A stretch of DNA of 64,000 nucleotides from Eledone cirrhosa (Eukaryota), in the NCBI GenBank assembly GCA_964016885.1, contig OZ024740.1, forward strand, positions 171,678,001 to 171,742,000, read 5' to 3'. Under the pieces are notes generated by a model. It searched no databases. It was given only the letters and a program-made list of their open reading frames with translations, and had not been told where the DNA came from. Of the stretch, positions 26,296-39,783 are shown one piece after another; the stretch's first letter is position 1, and each line of letters starts with the position of its first letter. Made by a program: the position numbers and the translations under genes.

Positions 26296-29200
26296 CTACA
26301 GACGTATATTCAGAGCGGTCCCGTTCACTCGGACCATTCTCGCTACATTCACCCACCTTTCAACAAACTTGCTAGAAAGCAGCACTTGCCTCTCCATCCT
26401 GATTTTCCTCTTCAAGTGAAACTTGAAAAAGTTAATTAGGGATTCGCCGAAGAGGAAAGTGTCTGTCTTTAACCCTTTTAACCTTGTCCACCACACAATC
26501 TCTTTCGCCATGGCCACCAGGCAGATGAAAACCGCCTGCCCTTCCTCCTCGAAGGAAGACGGCGAGACCATCTGCACAATGGACTCAGTCGACAACCGGA
26601 TCAGTCCCACACGCGACAGCAACTGTTCGACATAGATCCACAAGTCAGCAATGCTCGGGCACTGAACGAGTGCGTGCACGACGGTTTCGTCGCTCTGCGC
26701 GCATCTCGAACAGGCTCGGCTGACGGCACTTCCGTGCCTGTAGAGCTTATCTCGCACCGGCAACGCTCCTCGGTAGCACTCCCAGGCCAGGGATTTTTGG
26801 AAGTTATCCATAGGCCCCGGGCTGAAAGTTCTCCGGAAGAGAGCAAACAGCTGATCTTCTTCGACGCCCAGGATCTCTCCAAGAATGTCGTCGCTCTTCC
26901 CCTCCACTAGTCCTCTATAGAACGCCGAGGTGGATGTTCCACCGATACTGGTGCCCAGCTGGGAGAGGGAAGTGAGCGCCTGGAGACATTCCAGTTTCCA
27001 AGCGCTATCCCTCGGTCTTTTTCTGACCCAGGACTGCAGCTCCGCCAAGGAGACGAGCTGTGGGAAAACGTGCCTGGCGAACGGCGACCACACCTGTTCA
27101 CCATCAAGGAAGCACAAGAGATGTCGCAGCCTCAGCGCATGTTTGCGCATCATCAGCCATGGCATGCCCAGTCCTCCACGCAACGGGTGTTGACAGCAGA
27201 TGGATCGTCTGACCATGGGAGCGCCTTCCTTCCACAAAAAGCGGAAGAGGAGGCGCTCCATTTTGGTGAGAGTTGGGCTGGAGCAAGGAACGACGGTGAG
27301 GCGGTAGCAGATGACGGATGCGATGTTCGCATTCGCCACCTCCGCCCGGTCTTTCAGGGACAGCTTCCTCTCAGCCCATTTCTGGGTGAGGGAGGCCACC
27401 CTGCTCGTCACCTCGTTCCAGTTTTTCTCCATCTGGAGGTCCGGTCCGAACCAGACCCCGAGCAATTTAACCGGTTCGTCCGTCCAACGCCCCACGACGC
27501 TGTCGGACGGCATGGACTTGCCTCTCCAGGTGCCGAGCTGCAAGCCCACCGACTTTTCCTGGTTTATCTTTGTTCCTGTCACCGCTTCGTATTCCTTGAG
27601 AGCAGTGCCGAGCATCTGGACGTGCTGGTGCTCAACACCACCACGGTGACGTCGTCAGCGTAAGCCGACTCTGGATTTCCCGCATCCTAGTTCGCGTGGG
27701 ACGTCCCTCATCGCCCCCAGTTTGTGCAGTAACGTCTCGAGAGCAAATACGTGCAAGAGGGACGAGAGGGGACAACCCTGGCCGACTGAGCGCATGATGC
27801 TGAACGGCTGCGACAGGTGACTGTTCACCCTCACAACTGAGCAGATGTCGCTGTACATTGCTGCTATCCAACCCCTGAAAACGGGCCCGAAACCGGCTGC
27901 CTCGAGGACCACCGCCAGGTACCGATGGTCGACCCTATCGAATGCTTTGGATTGATCCAAGTTGATCAGGGCCCCACCCTTGCCAGATTCCTTAACCACC
28001 CTCTCTATGATGTATCGCATGAGGTGGAGGTTGTCGTGTATGGATCTGTTCGGAATGGCGCATGTCTGCGCCTCTCCCGCCAGACCCTTGACGACAAGCG
28101 TCAACCTCGTTGCTAACACCTTGGCCAAAATCTTGAACTCTGCGTTTAGCAGGGTTATAGGCCTGAAATTATCGATAACATCCCCCTTGTTCGGGTCTTT
28201 ACTCAGCAGCGCCACTGCTCCCCGGCTCACAAAACTGGGAATGCTCCCGTTCTGCTGCCAGTTGCAGTAGACGTCTGCCAAGAGGTCACCGAACAAGTCT
28301 GGCACAAATGGATAAAGCTCGTAGGGCAGACCATCCAAACCTGGCAATTTACCCCTTGTGCAGTTAGCCATCGCTTCCCGTATTTCACCGGCTGTTATTG
28401 GCTTTTCGCAACACTGTGCTGCGGTCGTTGAGAGCCGAGGCAGTCCGTCGAGGTATGCACTGAAGTCCATGCCCCGACCCGGGCTGCCGCCGCTCCCGAA
28501 CAGTTCAGCAAAGTGCTGCTGAAAAGCTTCACACATCCGCTCGGGTTCGAGCATCACGCACCCGTTTTGGTCAGACAAAGACCGAATTGCGGCTATGTTG
28601 ACATGTCGCGTCTCTGCCACCCGGGCCTATTGGACGGCTTTTGTCCCCTCGTGTTTCAGAGCACGCGCTCTAGCTCTGACAATACAGCCTTCGTGTTTTG
28701 CGTTGAAGAATTGGTCGAGTGCCAATCACGCCACAAGCACGTCGGTTGCGATGCCCGTCCTAAACGCCTCTTCTAGCTTTCTGACTAGCTCTCCCTCTAC
28801 TCTATTTTCCTCTATCACTACTCCTTTGCTAAACCTAATCGACTCTACTTTAATTGCCCTTTTCAGGGCGAACCACCACCTGTTGTTGACGACCGCTCCC
28901 GTCAACGCCCGCTTAACTAATACGCTAATCCGGTCTCTGTAGGCTTTGCGCGCCGGGAAAGACGCGTTCAGCTTCCAGTAACCGGGCCCTTGTCTATGAA
29001 GTCGGTCTATGTCGATCTCACTGATCACAAATTTGTGGTCTGTGTAGTCGACTATTTTAAATAGTGGACAACTTATACTAGCCTTATCTAGTTCTCTGCA
29101 GAATACCCTATCGAGATACGATCTGGATGACCCGATGCGGTTTGTCCATGTCCACATTGGCACATTCGGTTGATCCAGTCGATACCTGTCAGACAGTTCA

Positions 29201-29670
29201 AAACGTCTGAGCAGGTTGGTGAGGCTCTTGCACCCTCCTCCCCTATCCACTAACCCCACACGATCCCAGCGTGCATCCAAGATACCGTTCCAGTCGCCCA
29301 CTAACACTAAAGAGCGGGACGTTGCAAGAAGGTCTCTAGACGTCTGAAGAAATCTGGCCGTCCTGCCCCTGTTGGGGCGTAGACGGCTACTAGCCTGAAA
29401 GCATTGCCTTCGCTGCCGGTCACGTCCAGTACCACCGACTTACCTTCTGGGTCTAGGAAGATGGCCCGTATCGCGAGATCCAAGCCTCTCCGAAAAAGGA
29501 CGGCAACACCTCCCCCCGATCCTGGACGACTGGGAGATGCGTATACAGCGTAGCCGCCGAAGATCGGTGCGAAGGCTTGTGCTTCGGATATTCTGATTTC
29601 ACTGATGGCCACCACATCTATGTTTAGTGACCTGAGGTCGTTGAGCAGGTGACCCTGCTTCCAAGATGAC
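26296..29670 (-). pseudogene. Tx1 copy 2 ORF2 (APE-RT), frameshifted, start region deleted
   Basis: Fragments 29307-29738, 28726-29307, 27655-28620 and 26296-27615 carry VGDWN, LDRVF, GYWKLN, DQSKAFDRVDH, QGCPLS and CSRC..HALVQC. Confidence 0.9.
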
Positions 29671-29699
29671 CCCTCTTGGTAACCGACCCTCTGAAGTCT

Positions 29700-31690
29700 C
29701 CAACTGCGTTGGGGAATTTTTGTTTTAAAGGTTTGCACTGTTCTATTGAGATTTCGATGATGCTTATGTTTGTCGGGAGAGTTCTTGGTGTTGGTGGGGT
29801 GTAGTAGTTTTTTTTCTGTGATGCCTGTGTGCTGCTTTATATATTGTATGAGTTCTTTTTTTTTACATGTTTATGGCTGTGTACCTTTTGAGGGGAGGGG
29901 GGATTTTGTTGCTGTTTTCTTATTGTTGCTGTTTGGTGTGTGTGTTTTGTTTTGTTTGAGTTGTTGCTGTTTTTGGTGATGCTGGTGGTGGTGTGGTTGT
30001 TGTTGTCAGTGGTGCTTGTGGTGGTGATGGTGGTGGTGTTGCTGCAAGTTTCCTCGCTGCCTTTACCCCTCTTTGTATGCCTTCGCTTTTGGAGGGTGAA
30101 TCTAAGGGTTTTTTTTTTTTTGTGGCAGACCGTGTGCCACTTCACTCCGGCCTCAAACTCCATGTCGGATTCTGTGGCGTCTGGGAGGGGTATGTGCTCC
30201 ACGGCTGTTGGTGGTAGTAGTGGAGCCCTCTTCGGCAATTTTGTTGCTGGTGTAGCCGCCACTGATGCTGCTGCTTTAGTTGTCCGTGGCCTTGGTACGG
30301 GTGCTACGGACGTTGCCCTCCTACTCACCGTGGAAGGGGCTTCACGTTTGTTGCCTGCCCTGCTCTTGGTTGCAGCGGACCAGGTATTGGAAGGAGAAGG
30401 ACCTTCTTCGCTGTGTTTTGCGGGCAAAAGACCCTGAGGAGACCCTTCGACCCACAGAGATAACATTTTGGTCGTCTTCCTTCTACACTTATAGGGAGTT
30501 AGAGTCCTTCCTCGATGTCTATGATATCGGGGATAGCGTCGATACATTCCTGGTCAGTTTGTATAAGCATTTGCATTCCTATACCTGACCAGTTCTCTCT
30601 CCCTATTTTTTCTACTTGCAGCATGGTCGTCCTGTTCTCGATTCCAGCAAGGACAGACGGGGCCAGCCAAGGTATGGGCACGTCGGGTGGGACCTGGGTC
30701 ACTTTGACCCTCACAATTTTCTGCCCGCAGTAGGAGGGCACCAATACTATCTCCTAACTCTTTAGGGTTTCCAAAGAGTGAGACTTTGCTTCCTGGGTGG
30801 TGGCGAAAAGTACGTCTACTGTAGCGTACTTTCTGCCTCGGGTGATGTGGGTTTTGTGTGCCCAGACGCACCCCCAAGGCCTTTTGGATTTGAGCCTCTG
30901 TGGCTCTCTCCACCCGATGTGAGATTTTGCTTACGGTGCGGTAAGTCGCCGTCCGTAGCTGCTGGTCCTTGAAAAAATCGGGTGGAGGTTTCAGGGAGAC
31001 TCTATTTGCGCTTCTTGTCACCATGGCCCTTGCGACTGCCATCTCCTCCTCTGTGACTAACACTGTCTCGATATTTCGGGCGACACCTGCAAAAGAAGTG
31101 GTCCCTTTTTCAGCAGCACCACTATTGCTGCCGCTACTGGTCTTACTGGTGGTGCTGAGATCGCTATTACAGGTATCGGTGTCATTATTGTTGTTTTCGT
31201 TGGTACAGTTGTTGGTGTTGTTGTTGTTGTTGTTTTCATTGATACTGTTGCTGTTGTTACTGTTATTGTGGCTGTTGTTATTATTGTTGTTTTTGTTGAT
31301 ACTGTTCCTACTATTATTGTTGTTGTGGCTGTTGTTATTGTCATTGTTATTGTCGTTCTCGACCTTACCGCTGTTATTTTTCTTATTCTCGTTCTCGACC
31401 TTACCGCTGTTATTTTTGTTATTGTCGTTCTCGACTTTACCGCTGTTATTTTTGTTGTTGTTATTGATGATGTTGTTGTTGGTGTTGTTGTTGGTGTTAT
31501 TGTTGTTTGTGTTAGAAATATTTGTTAATTTTAAATCTGTAACAATCTTCTTTTCCTTTGTAATATTTTCGTTTATATTTACCTCCGCTGGAACGCTGTC
31601 TTGTTGACATGCTGATAAAGTATCCCTCTCTCTGTGTTGTCTGACAGCGCTCTCTCTCTTTCTTGTGTTATCCATGTTGAAATTTTTCAA
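29700..31690 (-). pseudogene. Tx1 copy 2 ORF1 with Asn-rich N-terminus
   Basis: Fragments 30554-31690, 30499-30744 and 29837-30547. VPSYCGQ..V.VT.VPP....PWL matches copy 1, and NNSGKVEN repeats are present. Confidence 0.75.
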
Positions 31691-31896
31691 AAAAATATTT
31701 TTTCACAAATACGAATACGACACCCCGTAAAGGGGTGCCGTATTATTTACTAGTGAACCCCTGTATTAGGTGGGTCACTTCTAAACTTTTATCAAATTTA
31801 AAACTTGAATAAAAGGTTTAGAACGGTTGAAAACGAGGTAAAACGTTGAAAAAAATCGGAGGCGATAAGAAGCGTGGCTTCACCAACAACAACAAC

Positions 31897-31970
<74 letters not shown>

Positions 31971-31971
<1 letters not shown>

Positions 31972-34900
31972 CAACTGCTGATGTTGGAGGAGGAAGAAGA
32001 AGAAGGAAAGGGGCCAGAACCAACTGGACGAAAGAATTGAATAGAACTGTTATGCAATGTTACCTGAAAAGTAACCCCAAGGAGAGGGGCTACAGGAGAC
32101 GGATGCATAACATCTGGAACGAGATTGGTCTATTTAAATTAGATGAACAAAAATTGGCCGGGCAGGCTCGGGTAATAAGAACTAATGGGTGGATAAGCGA
32201 GCTGGAACTGGAGGAACTGAGCAGAGAGAATGGCTTGGAGATGGCGGGTGTAGTATGCCAGACAAGCGAGCCAGTGGGAAATGAAGGTGAAGAGGTCGAG
32301 AGAACGGAGGAACCACCCGAAGCAGACAATGATCTGAATACTGAGATAAATAATACCTGGAACAGAGATACGGCCACCGAGGAGATGAATGCTGACGGGC
32401 TAGGACAAGATTCGGTTGACATCCTAAATTTAGTGGTAGATGAATTGAACAATGATAGTGGGAGACCTATGAACCTAAGATTTGTAGACAGGAAAAAGTT
32501 AAAAGAAACAACAGCTAAGGTAAACAAAGTCATCCCATACCTTGAGGCGAGGAGCCTTCACCAGTGCAACAATATCCTCAAAGCAACAGCAAATACGGTG
32601 AGGAAACTACTTGGTATAAAAGCGAGAGGAAACAACAGACAAGAAAGAGCAGAGCCGTGGTGGAAGAAACGACTGAGTGGTCAAATCGGGGAAATGAGAA
32701 ATGACATAGGAAAGCTTGAGTCACTACTGAATGGGACACTAAAAAACATAGGCACTAAAAATAGACTGGAAATAAAGTACAAAACTAGGAGGAAAAAGCT
32801 AAATATTATCATAGAGGAACTGAAGCAACGCATTGTAGCAAAGAATGCCAAAATCAGGCGATACGAGAACAGAGTCAGTCAGTATAAACAGAACCGCATG
32901 TTCGACAACAACCAGAAGATGCTGTTTGGACAGCTTGAGGGGAAAGAAAGAGACAACGACTTGATCCCTGGGGCGGAGCAAACTAAAACATTCTGGAGAG
33001 GAATATGGGAGCAGGATGTTAGACATAATGTCCAGGCAGGGTGGATTGAGACAGTACAGAGGGAGATCGGTGAGCAGGCACACCAACAAACTGATTTGAG
33101 TATCACAGTTGAAACTCTTAAGGGGCAGGCCAAAAAACTAACCAACTGGAAATCACCAGGCCCAGATGGTGTGCAGGGGTATTGGATTAAAAATTTAACA
33201 TCCCTCCACCCGAAGCTGACGGCCATGTTCAATGACTGCTTGGTGTCGGGTGAGGTGCCAGAGTGGTTGACAAAAGGTACCACAGTTCTGATAATGAAAG
33301 ACCGAATCAAGGGTAATGATGTTACCAACTATAGACCTATCACATGTCTGTCCGTAATGTGGAAACTGTTGACGAGCATTGTGTCTGAGGAAATCTACCA
33401 TCACCTCCACACAAACAACTTGTTACCGGACGAACAGAAAGGATGCCGAAAGAAGTCACGTGGTACAAAAAGACCAGTTACTTATTGATAAGATGGTAAT
33501 GGGGAATTGCAGGAGGAGACACACTGATCTTGCCATGGGATGGATAGACTACAGAAAGGCATTTGACATGGTGCCTCATTCTTGGATCACCAAAAGCCTG
33601 GAGATCTTCAGGGTGTCAGATAACATCAGACAGTTGCTGGGCAGGAGTATGGGGTCCTGGGAGACAGAGTTGACATCAACTGGAGTATCCTTGGGAAGCG
33701 TGAAGATCAAGAGAGGTATCTTCCAGGGAGATAGCCTGTCCCTTCTGTTGTTTGTCCTTGCCCTGATGCCCTTGACCACTATGCTGCGAAAAGTGAGAGC
33801 AGGATACAAGTTGGGAAAGGGAGAGCTTACCATCAATCACCTCCTCTTCATGGACAATCTTAAGCTCTTCGTGAAAAGTGAGAAGGAGTTGGATGTGCTT
33901 GTTGACACTGTCCGTATTTTCAGCAGTGATATATGTATGCAGTTTGGTATTAGTAAATGTGGAGTCATTGTGATGAGGAGGGGTAGGTTGAGCAGAAGTA
34001 ACGGGATCCAGATACCAACAGGTGAGATGATAAAGGAAATTGACTCTGAGGAAGGATACAAGTATTTGGGCGTTCTGGAGGCTGATGGCATCTAGAACAA
34101 AAAAATGAAGGAATTGTTAAGAACTGAATACATTCGGAGAGTAAGGAGCGTATTGAAGTCACATCTGAACAGCAGAAATGCCATAAGCGCAGTAAATTCC
34201 CGAGCTGTGTCTATTATTAGGTACAGTGCGGGAATTCTGAGATGGAATGTTGCTGAACAAAAAGAAATGGATAGGAAGACTAGGAAGCTATTGACTATCT
34301 ACAACATGTTCCACAAGAGGAGTGATGTCGATAGACTCTACCTAAGGAGATATGAGGGTGGAAGAGGTCTTATCAGCATAGAGGACTGTGTTAAGATGGA
34401 GAAAAATAACCTATACAAATACGTGACCTATAGTAAGGAGCCAATGCTCAGAACTGTACTGAAGGAGGGGACAGTAGGCCAGGGGATGTCCAAGGAGGAA
34501 ATAACATCAAGGAGGAAGAGCAGCCTTAAGGGAAAATCCCTTCATAGTACCTTCTTTGAGAAAACTGAATTTAGAGATCCACAGACATGGAACTGGTTGA
34601 GAAGAGGAGACCTCAAAAAGGCTACAGAAGGAATGCTAATGGCTGCGCAGGAGCAGGCCCTCAAAACGAAGTGGTTGAAGCACCATATTTACAAGGAGGA
34701 GGCTAGCCCACTGTGCAGGAGCTGTGGAGAGAGAGAGGAGACTGTGGCTCACATTGTGTCCGAGTGTAAACACCTAGCCCAGACCCACTATAAGGGCTGG
34801 AGACACGATGTGATGGGCAGGGTGATCCACTGGCACCTGTGCAAAGTAAACAATTTACCACATTCTGAGAAATGGTATGAGCATAGGCCAGAGGCGGTGA

Positions 34901-35360
34901 TGGAGAACAATCAGGTGAAGGTGCTGTGGGATTTTAGGATACAGACGGACAAAAAACTGGAACACAATAGACCTGACCTGGTGGTTGTGGACAAAGAAAA
35001 AAGATCGTGTCTGATTGTGGATGTGGCCTGCCCTTTCGACACGAGAGTGCAAGAGAAGGAGAGGGAGAAAATTAACCGATACCAGGACCTAAAGTGGGAG
35101 GTGAAAAGGATTTGGAACTGCCATGAAGTCAAAGTGATCCCGATTGTCATAGGCGCACTGGGGACTATCTCCAAAAGTTTCCAGGGATGGTTAAAGAAAA
35201 TCGGCCCCTTCACGCTTTTTGGAACGCTTCAAAAGGCATGCTTGCTTGGAACGGCAAGAACCCTCCGATACGTCCTGAATATCTGAGGCTGCAGGTAGTG
35301 GCTTGATATTCATTCCAACGGACTTTCCAGTTAACCAACATCAATGACTGAGATTCAAGG
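31971..35360 (+). mobile_element. R4/Dong-clade RLE non-LTR retrotransposon, copy A (near full length, inactivated)
   Basis: Single ORF with N-terminal WTKELNRTVMQCY, RT, CCHC finger and RLE; (AAT)n on both sides. Confidence 0.92.
32037..35286 (+). pseudogene. R4/Dong ORF copy A (RT + restriction-like endonuclease)
   Basis: Frameshift near 33470, catalytic FMDD changed to FMDN, premature stop at 34093-34095. RLE motifs CRSC..ETVAHIVSEC, RHD and RPDLVVVD..DVACPFD..K..RY are present. Confidence 0.92.
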
Positions 35361-35369
35361 AATAACAAC

Positions 35370-35435
<66 letters not shown>

Positions 35436-38022
35436 TAAAATACAAAACTAGGAGTAAAAAGCTAAATATTATCATAGAGGAATTGAAGCAACGCATTGTA
35501 GCAAAGAGTGCCCAAATCAGGCGATACGAGAACAGAGTCAGTCAGTATAAACAGAACCGCATGTTCGACAACAACCAGAAGATGCTGTTTGGACAGCTTG
35601 AGGGGAAAGAAAGAGGCAACGACTTGATCCCTGGGGCGGAACAAGCTAAAACATTCTGGAGAGGAATATGGGAGCAGGATGTTAGACACAATGCCCAGGC
35701 AGGGTGGATTGAGACAGTACAGAGGGAGATCGGTGAGCAGGCACAACAACAGACTGATTTGAGTATCACAGTTGAAACTCTTAAGGGGCAAGCCAAAAAA
35801 CTAACCAACTGGAAATCACCAGGCCCAGATGGTGTGCAGGGGTATTGGATTAAACATTTGACATCCCTCCACCCGAAGCTGACGGCCATGTTCAATGACT
35901 GCTTGGTGTCGGGTGAGGTGCCAGAGTGGTTGACAAAAGGTACCACAGTTCTGATAATGAAAGACCGAAGCAAGGGTAATGATGTTACCAACTATAGACC
36001 TATCACATGTCTGCCCGTAATGTGGAAACTGTTGACGAGCATTGTGTCTGAGGAAATCTACCATCACCTCCACACAAACAACTTGTTACCGGACGAACAG
36101 AAAGGATGCCGAAAGAAGTCACGTGGTACAAAGGACCAGTTGCTTATTGATAAGATGGTAATGGGGAATTGCAGGAGGAGACACACTGATCTTGCCATGG
36201 GATGGATAGACTACAGAAAGGCATTTGACATGGTGCCTCATTCCTGGATCACCAAAAGCATGGAGATCTTCAGGGTGGCAGATAACATCAGACAGTTGCT
36301 GGGCAGGAGTATGGGGTCCTGGGAGACAGAGTTGACATCAACTGGAGTATCCTTGGGAAGCGTGAAGATCAAGAGAGGTATCTTCCAGGGAGATAGCCTG
36401 TCCCCTCTGTTGTTTGTCCTTGCCCTGATGCCCTTGACCATTATGCTGCGAAAAGTGAGAGCAGGATACAAGTTGGGAAGGGGAGAGCTTACCATCAATC
36501 ACCTCCTCTTCATGGACGATCTTAAGCTCTTCGGGAAAAGTGAGAAGGAGTTGGATGTGCTTGTTGACACTGTCCGTATTTTCAGCAGTGATATATGTAT
36601 GCAGTTTGGTATTGGTAAATGTGGAGTCATTGTGATGAGGAGGGGTAGGTTGAGCAGAAGTAACGGGATCCAGATACCAACAGGTGAGATGATAAAGGAA
36701 ATTGACTCTGAGGAAGGATACAAGTATTTGGGCGTTCTGGAGGCTGATGGCATAAAGAACAAAAAAATGAAGGAATTGTTAAGAACTGAATACATTCGGA
36801 GAGTAAGGAGCGTATTGAAGTCACATCTGAACAGCAGAAATGCCATAAGCGCAGTAAATTCCCGAGCTGTGTCTATTATTAGGTACAGTGCGGGAATTCT
36901 GAGATGGAATGTTGCTGAACAAAAAGAAATGGATAGGAAGACTAGGAAGCTATTGACTATCTACAACATGTTCCACAAGAGGAGTGATGTCGATAGACTC
37001 TACCTAAGGAGATCTGAGGGTGGAAGAGGTCTTATCAGCATAGAGGACTGTGTTCAGATGGAGAAAAACAACCTATACAAATACGTGACCTATAGTAAGG
37101 AGCCAATGCTCAGAGCTGTACTGAAGGAGGGGACAGTAGGCCAGGGGATATCCAAGGAGGAAATAACATCAAGGAGGAAGAGCAGCCTTAGGGGAAAATC
37201 CCTTCATAGTACCTTCTTTGAGAAAACTGAATTTAGAGATCCACAGACATGGAACTGGTTGAGAAGAGGAGACCTCAAAAAGGCTACAGAAGGAATGCTA
37301 ATGGCTGCGCAGGAGCAGGCCCTCAAAACGAAGTGGTTGAAGCACCATATCTACAAGGAGGAGGCTAGCCCACTGTGCAGGATCTGTGGAGAGAGAGAGG
37401 AGACTGTGGCCCACATTGTGTCCGAGTGTAAACACCTAGCCCAGACCCACTATAAGGGCTGGAGACACGATGTGATGGGCAGGGTGATCCACTGGCACCT
37501 GTGCAAAGTAAACAATCTACCACATTCTGAGAAATGGTATGAGCATAGGCCAGAGGCGGTGATGGAGAACAGTCAGGTGAAGGTGCTGTGGGATTTTAGG
37601 ATACAGACGGACAAAAAACTGGAACACAATAGACCTGACCTGGTGGTTGTGGACAAAGAAAAAAGATCGTGCCTGATTGTGGATGTGGCCTGCCCGTTCG
37701 ACACGAGAGTGCAAGAGAAGGAGAGGGAGAAAATTAACCGATACCAGGACCTAAAGTGGGAGGTGGAAAGGATTTGGAACTGCCATGAAGTCAAAGTGAT
37801 CCCGATTGTCATAGGCGCACTGGGGACTATCTCCAAAGGTTTCCAGGGATGGTTAAAGAAAATCGGCCCCTTCACGCTTTTTGGAACGCTTCAAAAGGCA
37901 TGCTTGCTTGGAACGGCAAGAACCCTCCGATACGTCCTGAATATCTGAGGCTGCAGGTAGTGGCTTGATATTCAATCCAACGGACTTTCCAGTTAACCAA
38001 CATCAATGACTGAGATTCAAGG
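35436..38022 (+). mobile_element. R4/Dong retrotransposon copy B, 5'-truncated
   Basis: Near-identical to copy A from KYKTR onward, with the same ~75-nt 3'UTR and (AAT)n flanks. Confidence 0.93.
35483..37948 (+). CDS. Uninterrupted RT-RLE reading frame (821 aa, N-terminally truncated)
   Basis: KSPGPDG, YRPITCL, DYRKAFD, GIFQGDSLSP, FMDD, YKYLG, CCHC, RHD and PD..D..K are all intact. Confidence 0.88.
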   Translation: MKQRIVAKSAQIRRYENRVSQYKQNRMFDNNQKMLFGQLEGKERGNDLIPGAEQAKTFWRGIWEQDVRHNAQAGWIETVQREIGEQAQQQTDLSITVETLKGQAKKLTNWKSPGPDGVQGYWIKHLTSLHPKLTAMFNDCLVSGEVPEWLTKGTTVLIMKDRSKGNDVTNYRPITCLPVMWKLLTSIVSEEIYHHLHTNNLLPDEQKGCRKKSRGTKDQLLIDKMVMGNCRRRHTDLAMGWIDYRKAFDMVPHSWITKSMEIFRVADNIRQLLGRSMGSWETELTSTGVSLGSVKIKRGIFQGDSLSPLLFVLALMPLTIMLRKVRAGYKLGRGELTINHLLFMDDLKLFGKSEKELDVLVDTVRIFSSDICMQFGIGKCGVIVMRRGRLSRSNGIQIPTGEMIKEIDSEEGYKYLGVLEADGIKNKKMKELLRTEYIRRVRSVLKSHLNSRNAISAVNSRAVSIIRYSAGILRWNVAEQKEMDRKTRKLLTIYNMFHKRSDVDRLYLRRSEGGRGLISIEDCVQMEKNNLYKYVTYSKEPMLRAVLKEGTVGQGISKEEITSRRKSSLRGKSLHSTFFEKTEFRDPQTWNWLRRGDLKKATEGMLMAAQEQALKTKWLKHHIYKEEASPLCRICGEREETVAHIVSECKHLAQTHYKGWRHDVMGRVIHWHLCKVNNLPHSEKWYEHRPEAVMENSQVKVLWDFRIQTDKKLEHNRPDLVVVDKEKRSCLIVDVACPFDTRVQEKEREKINRYQDLKWEVERIWNCHEVKVIPIVIGALGTISKGFQGWLKKIGPFTLFGTLQKACLLGTARTLRYVLNI

Positions 38023-38034
38023 AATAACAATAAC

Positions 38035-38088
<54 letters not shown>

Positions 38089-38090
<2 letters not shown>

Positions 38091-39754
38091 GCGTGAAGAT
38101 CAAGAGAGGTATCTTCCAGGGAGATAGTCTGTCCCCTCTGTTGTTTGTCCTTGCTCTGATGCCCCTAACCAGAGTACTGCGAAAAGTGAGAGCAGGATAC
38201 AGGTTTGGAAAGGGAGGGCTTACCATCAATCACCTCCTCTTCATGGACGATCTTAAGCTCTTCGGGAAGAGTGAGAAGGAGTTGGATGTGCTGGTTTACA
38301 CTGTCCGTATTTTCAGCAATGATATATGTATGCAATTTGGTATTAGTAAGTGTGGAGTCATTGTGATGAAGAGAGGTAAGTTGAGCAGAAGTAACGGAAT
38401 CCAGGTACCAACAGGTGAGATGATAAAGGAAATTGACTCTGAAGAAGGATACAAGTATTTGGGTGTTCTGGAGGCTGATGGCATCAAGAACAAAAAAAAT
38501 GAAGGAATTGATAAGAACTGAATACATTCGGAGAGTAAGGAGCGTATTAAAGTCACATCTGAACAGTAGGAATGCCATAAGTGCAGTAAATTCCCGAGCT
38601 GTACCTATTATTAGGTACAGTGCGGGAATTCCGAGATGGAATGTTGCTGAACAAAAAGAAATGGATAGGAAGACTAGGAAGCTATTGACTATCTACAACA
38701 TGTTCCACAAGAGGAGTGATGTCGATAGACTCTACCTAAGGAGATCTGAAGGTGGAAGCGGTCTTATCAGCATAGAGGACTGTGTTCAGATGGAGAAAAA
38801 CAACCTACACAAATACGTGACTGATAGTAAGGAGCCAATGTTCAGAACTGTACTGAAGGAGGGGGCAATAGGCCAGGGGATGTCCAAGGAGGAAATAACA
38901 TCAAGGAGAAAGAGCAGCCTTCAGGAAAAATCCCTTCATAGTACCTTCTTTGAGAAAACTGAATTTAGAGATCCACAGACATGGAACTGGTTGAAAAGAG
39001 GAGACCTTAAAAAGGCTACAGAAGGAATGCTAATGGCTGCGCAGGAGCAGGCCCTCAAAACGAAGTGGTTAAAACACCATATTTATAAGGAGGAGGCTAG
39101 CCCACTGTGCAGGATCTGTGGAGAGAGAGAGGAGACTGTGGCTCACATTGTATCCGAGTGTAAACACCTAGCCCAGACTCACTATAAGGGCTGGAGACAT
39201 GATGTGATGGGCAGGGTGATCCACTGGCACCTATGCAAAGTAAACAATTTACCACATTCTGAGAAGTGGTATGAGCATAAGCCAGAGTCAGTGATAGAAA
39301 ACGATCAGGTGAAGGTGCTGTGGGATTTTAGGATACAGACGGACAAGAAACTGGAACACAATAGACCTGACCTGGTGGTTGTGGACAAAGAAAAAAGATC
39401 GTGCCTGATTGTGGATGTGGCCTGCCCATTCGACACGAGAGTGCAAGAGAAGGAGAGGGAGAAAATTAACCGATACCAGGACTTAAAGTGGGAGGTAAAA
39501 AGGATTTGGAACTGCCATGAAGTCAAAGTGATCCCGATTGTCATAGGCGCACTAGGGACTATCTCAATAAGTTTCCAGAGATGGTTAAAGAAAATTGGCC
39601 CCTTCACGCTTTTTGGAACGCTTCAAAAGGCATGCTTGCTGGGAACAGCAAGAACCCTCCGATACGTCCTGAATATCTGAGGCTGCAGGTAGTGGCTTGA
39701 TATTCATTTCAACAAACTTTCCAGTTAACTAACATCAATGACTGAGACTCAAAG
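38089..39754 (+). mobile_element. R4/Dong retrotransposon copy C, 5'-truncated within RT, frameshifted
   Basis: Starts at SVKIKRGIFQGD, has a frameshift in the A-run near 38495 and stops at 39680; more substitutions relative to A and B. Confidence 0.92.
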
Positions 39755-39783
39755 AATAAAAATAACAATAATAATAATAATAA

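Larger units (their letters stand above)
25978..31884 (-). mobile_element. Tx1-clade non-LTR retrotransposon, copy 2 (distinct subfamily), inactivated
   Basis: Same organisation as copy 1, with similar ORF2 and more diverged ORF1/UTRs; flanked by (AAT)n and (AAC)n(AAT)n. Confidence 0.92.

Noticed and set aside
31846-32040. Poly-Asn ORF bridging the Tx1 and R4 elements
   Set aside because: Read-through of the (AAT)n target repeat.
21393-37875. Antisense ORFs within the LINEs
   Set aside because: Shadow frames of RT coding sequence that recur only because the elements are homologous.
38006-38521. Poly-Ile/RT fusion ORF reading from copy B's 3'UTR into copy C
   Set aside because: Chance in-frame join through (ATA)n. 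The equivalent A-to-B junction is out of frame, and copy C frameshifts soon after.
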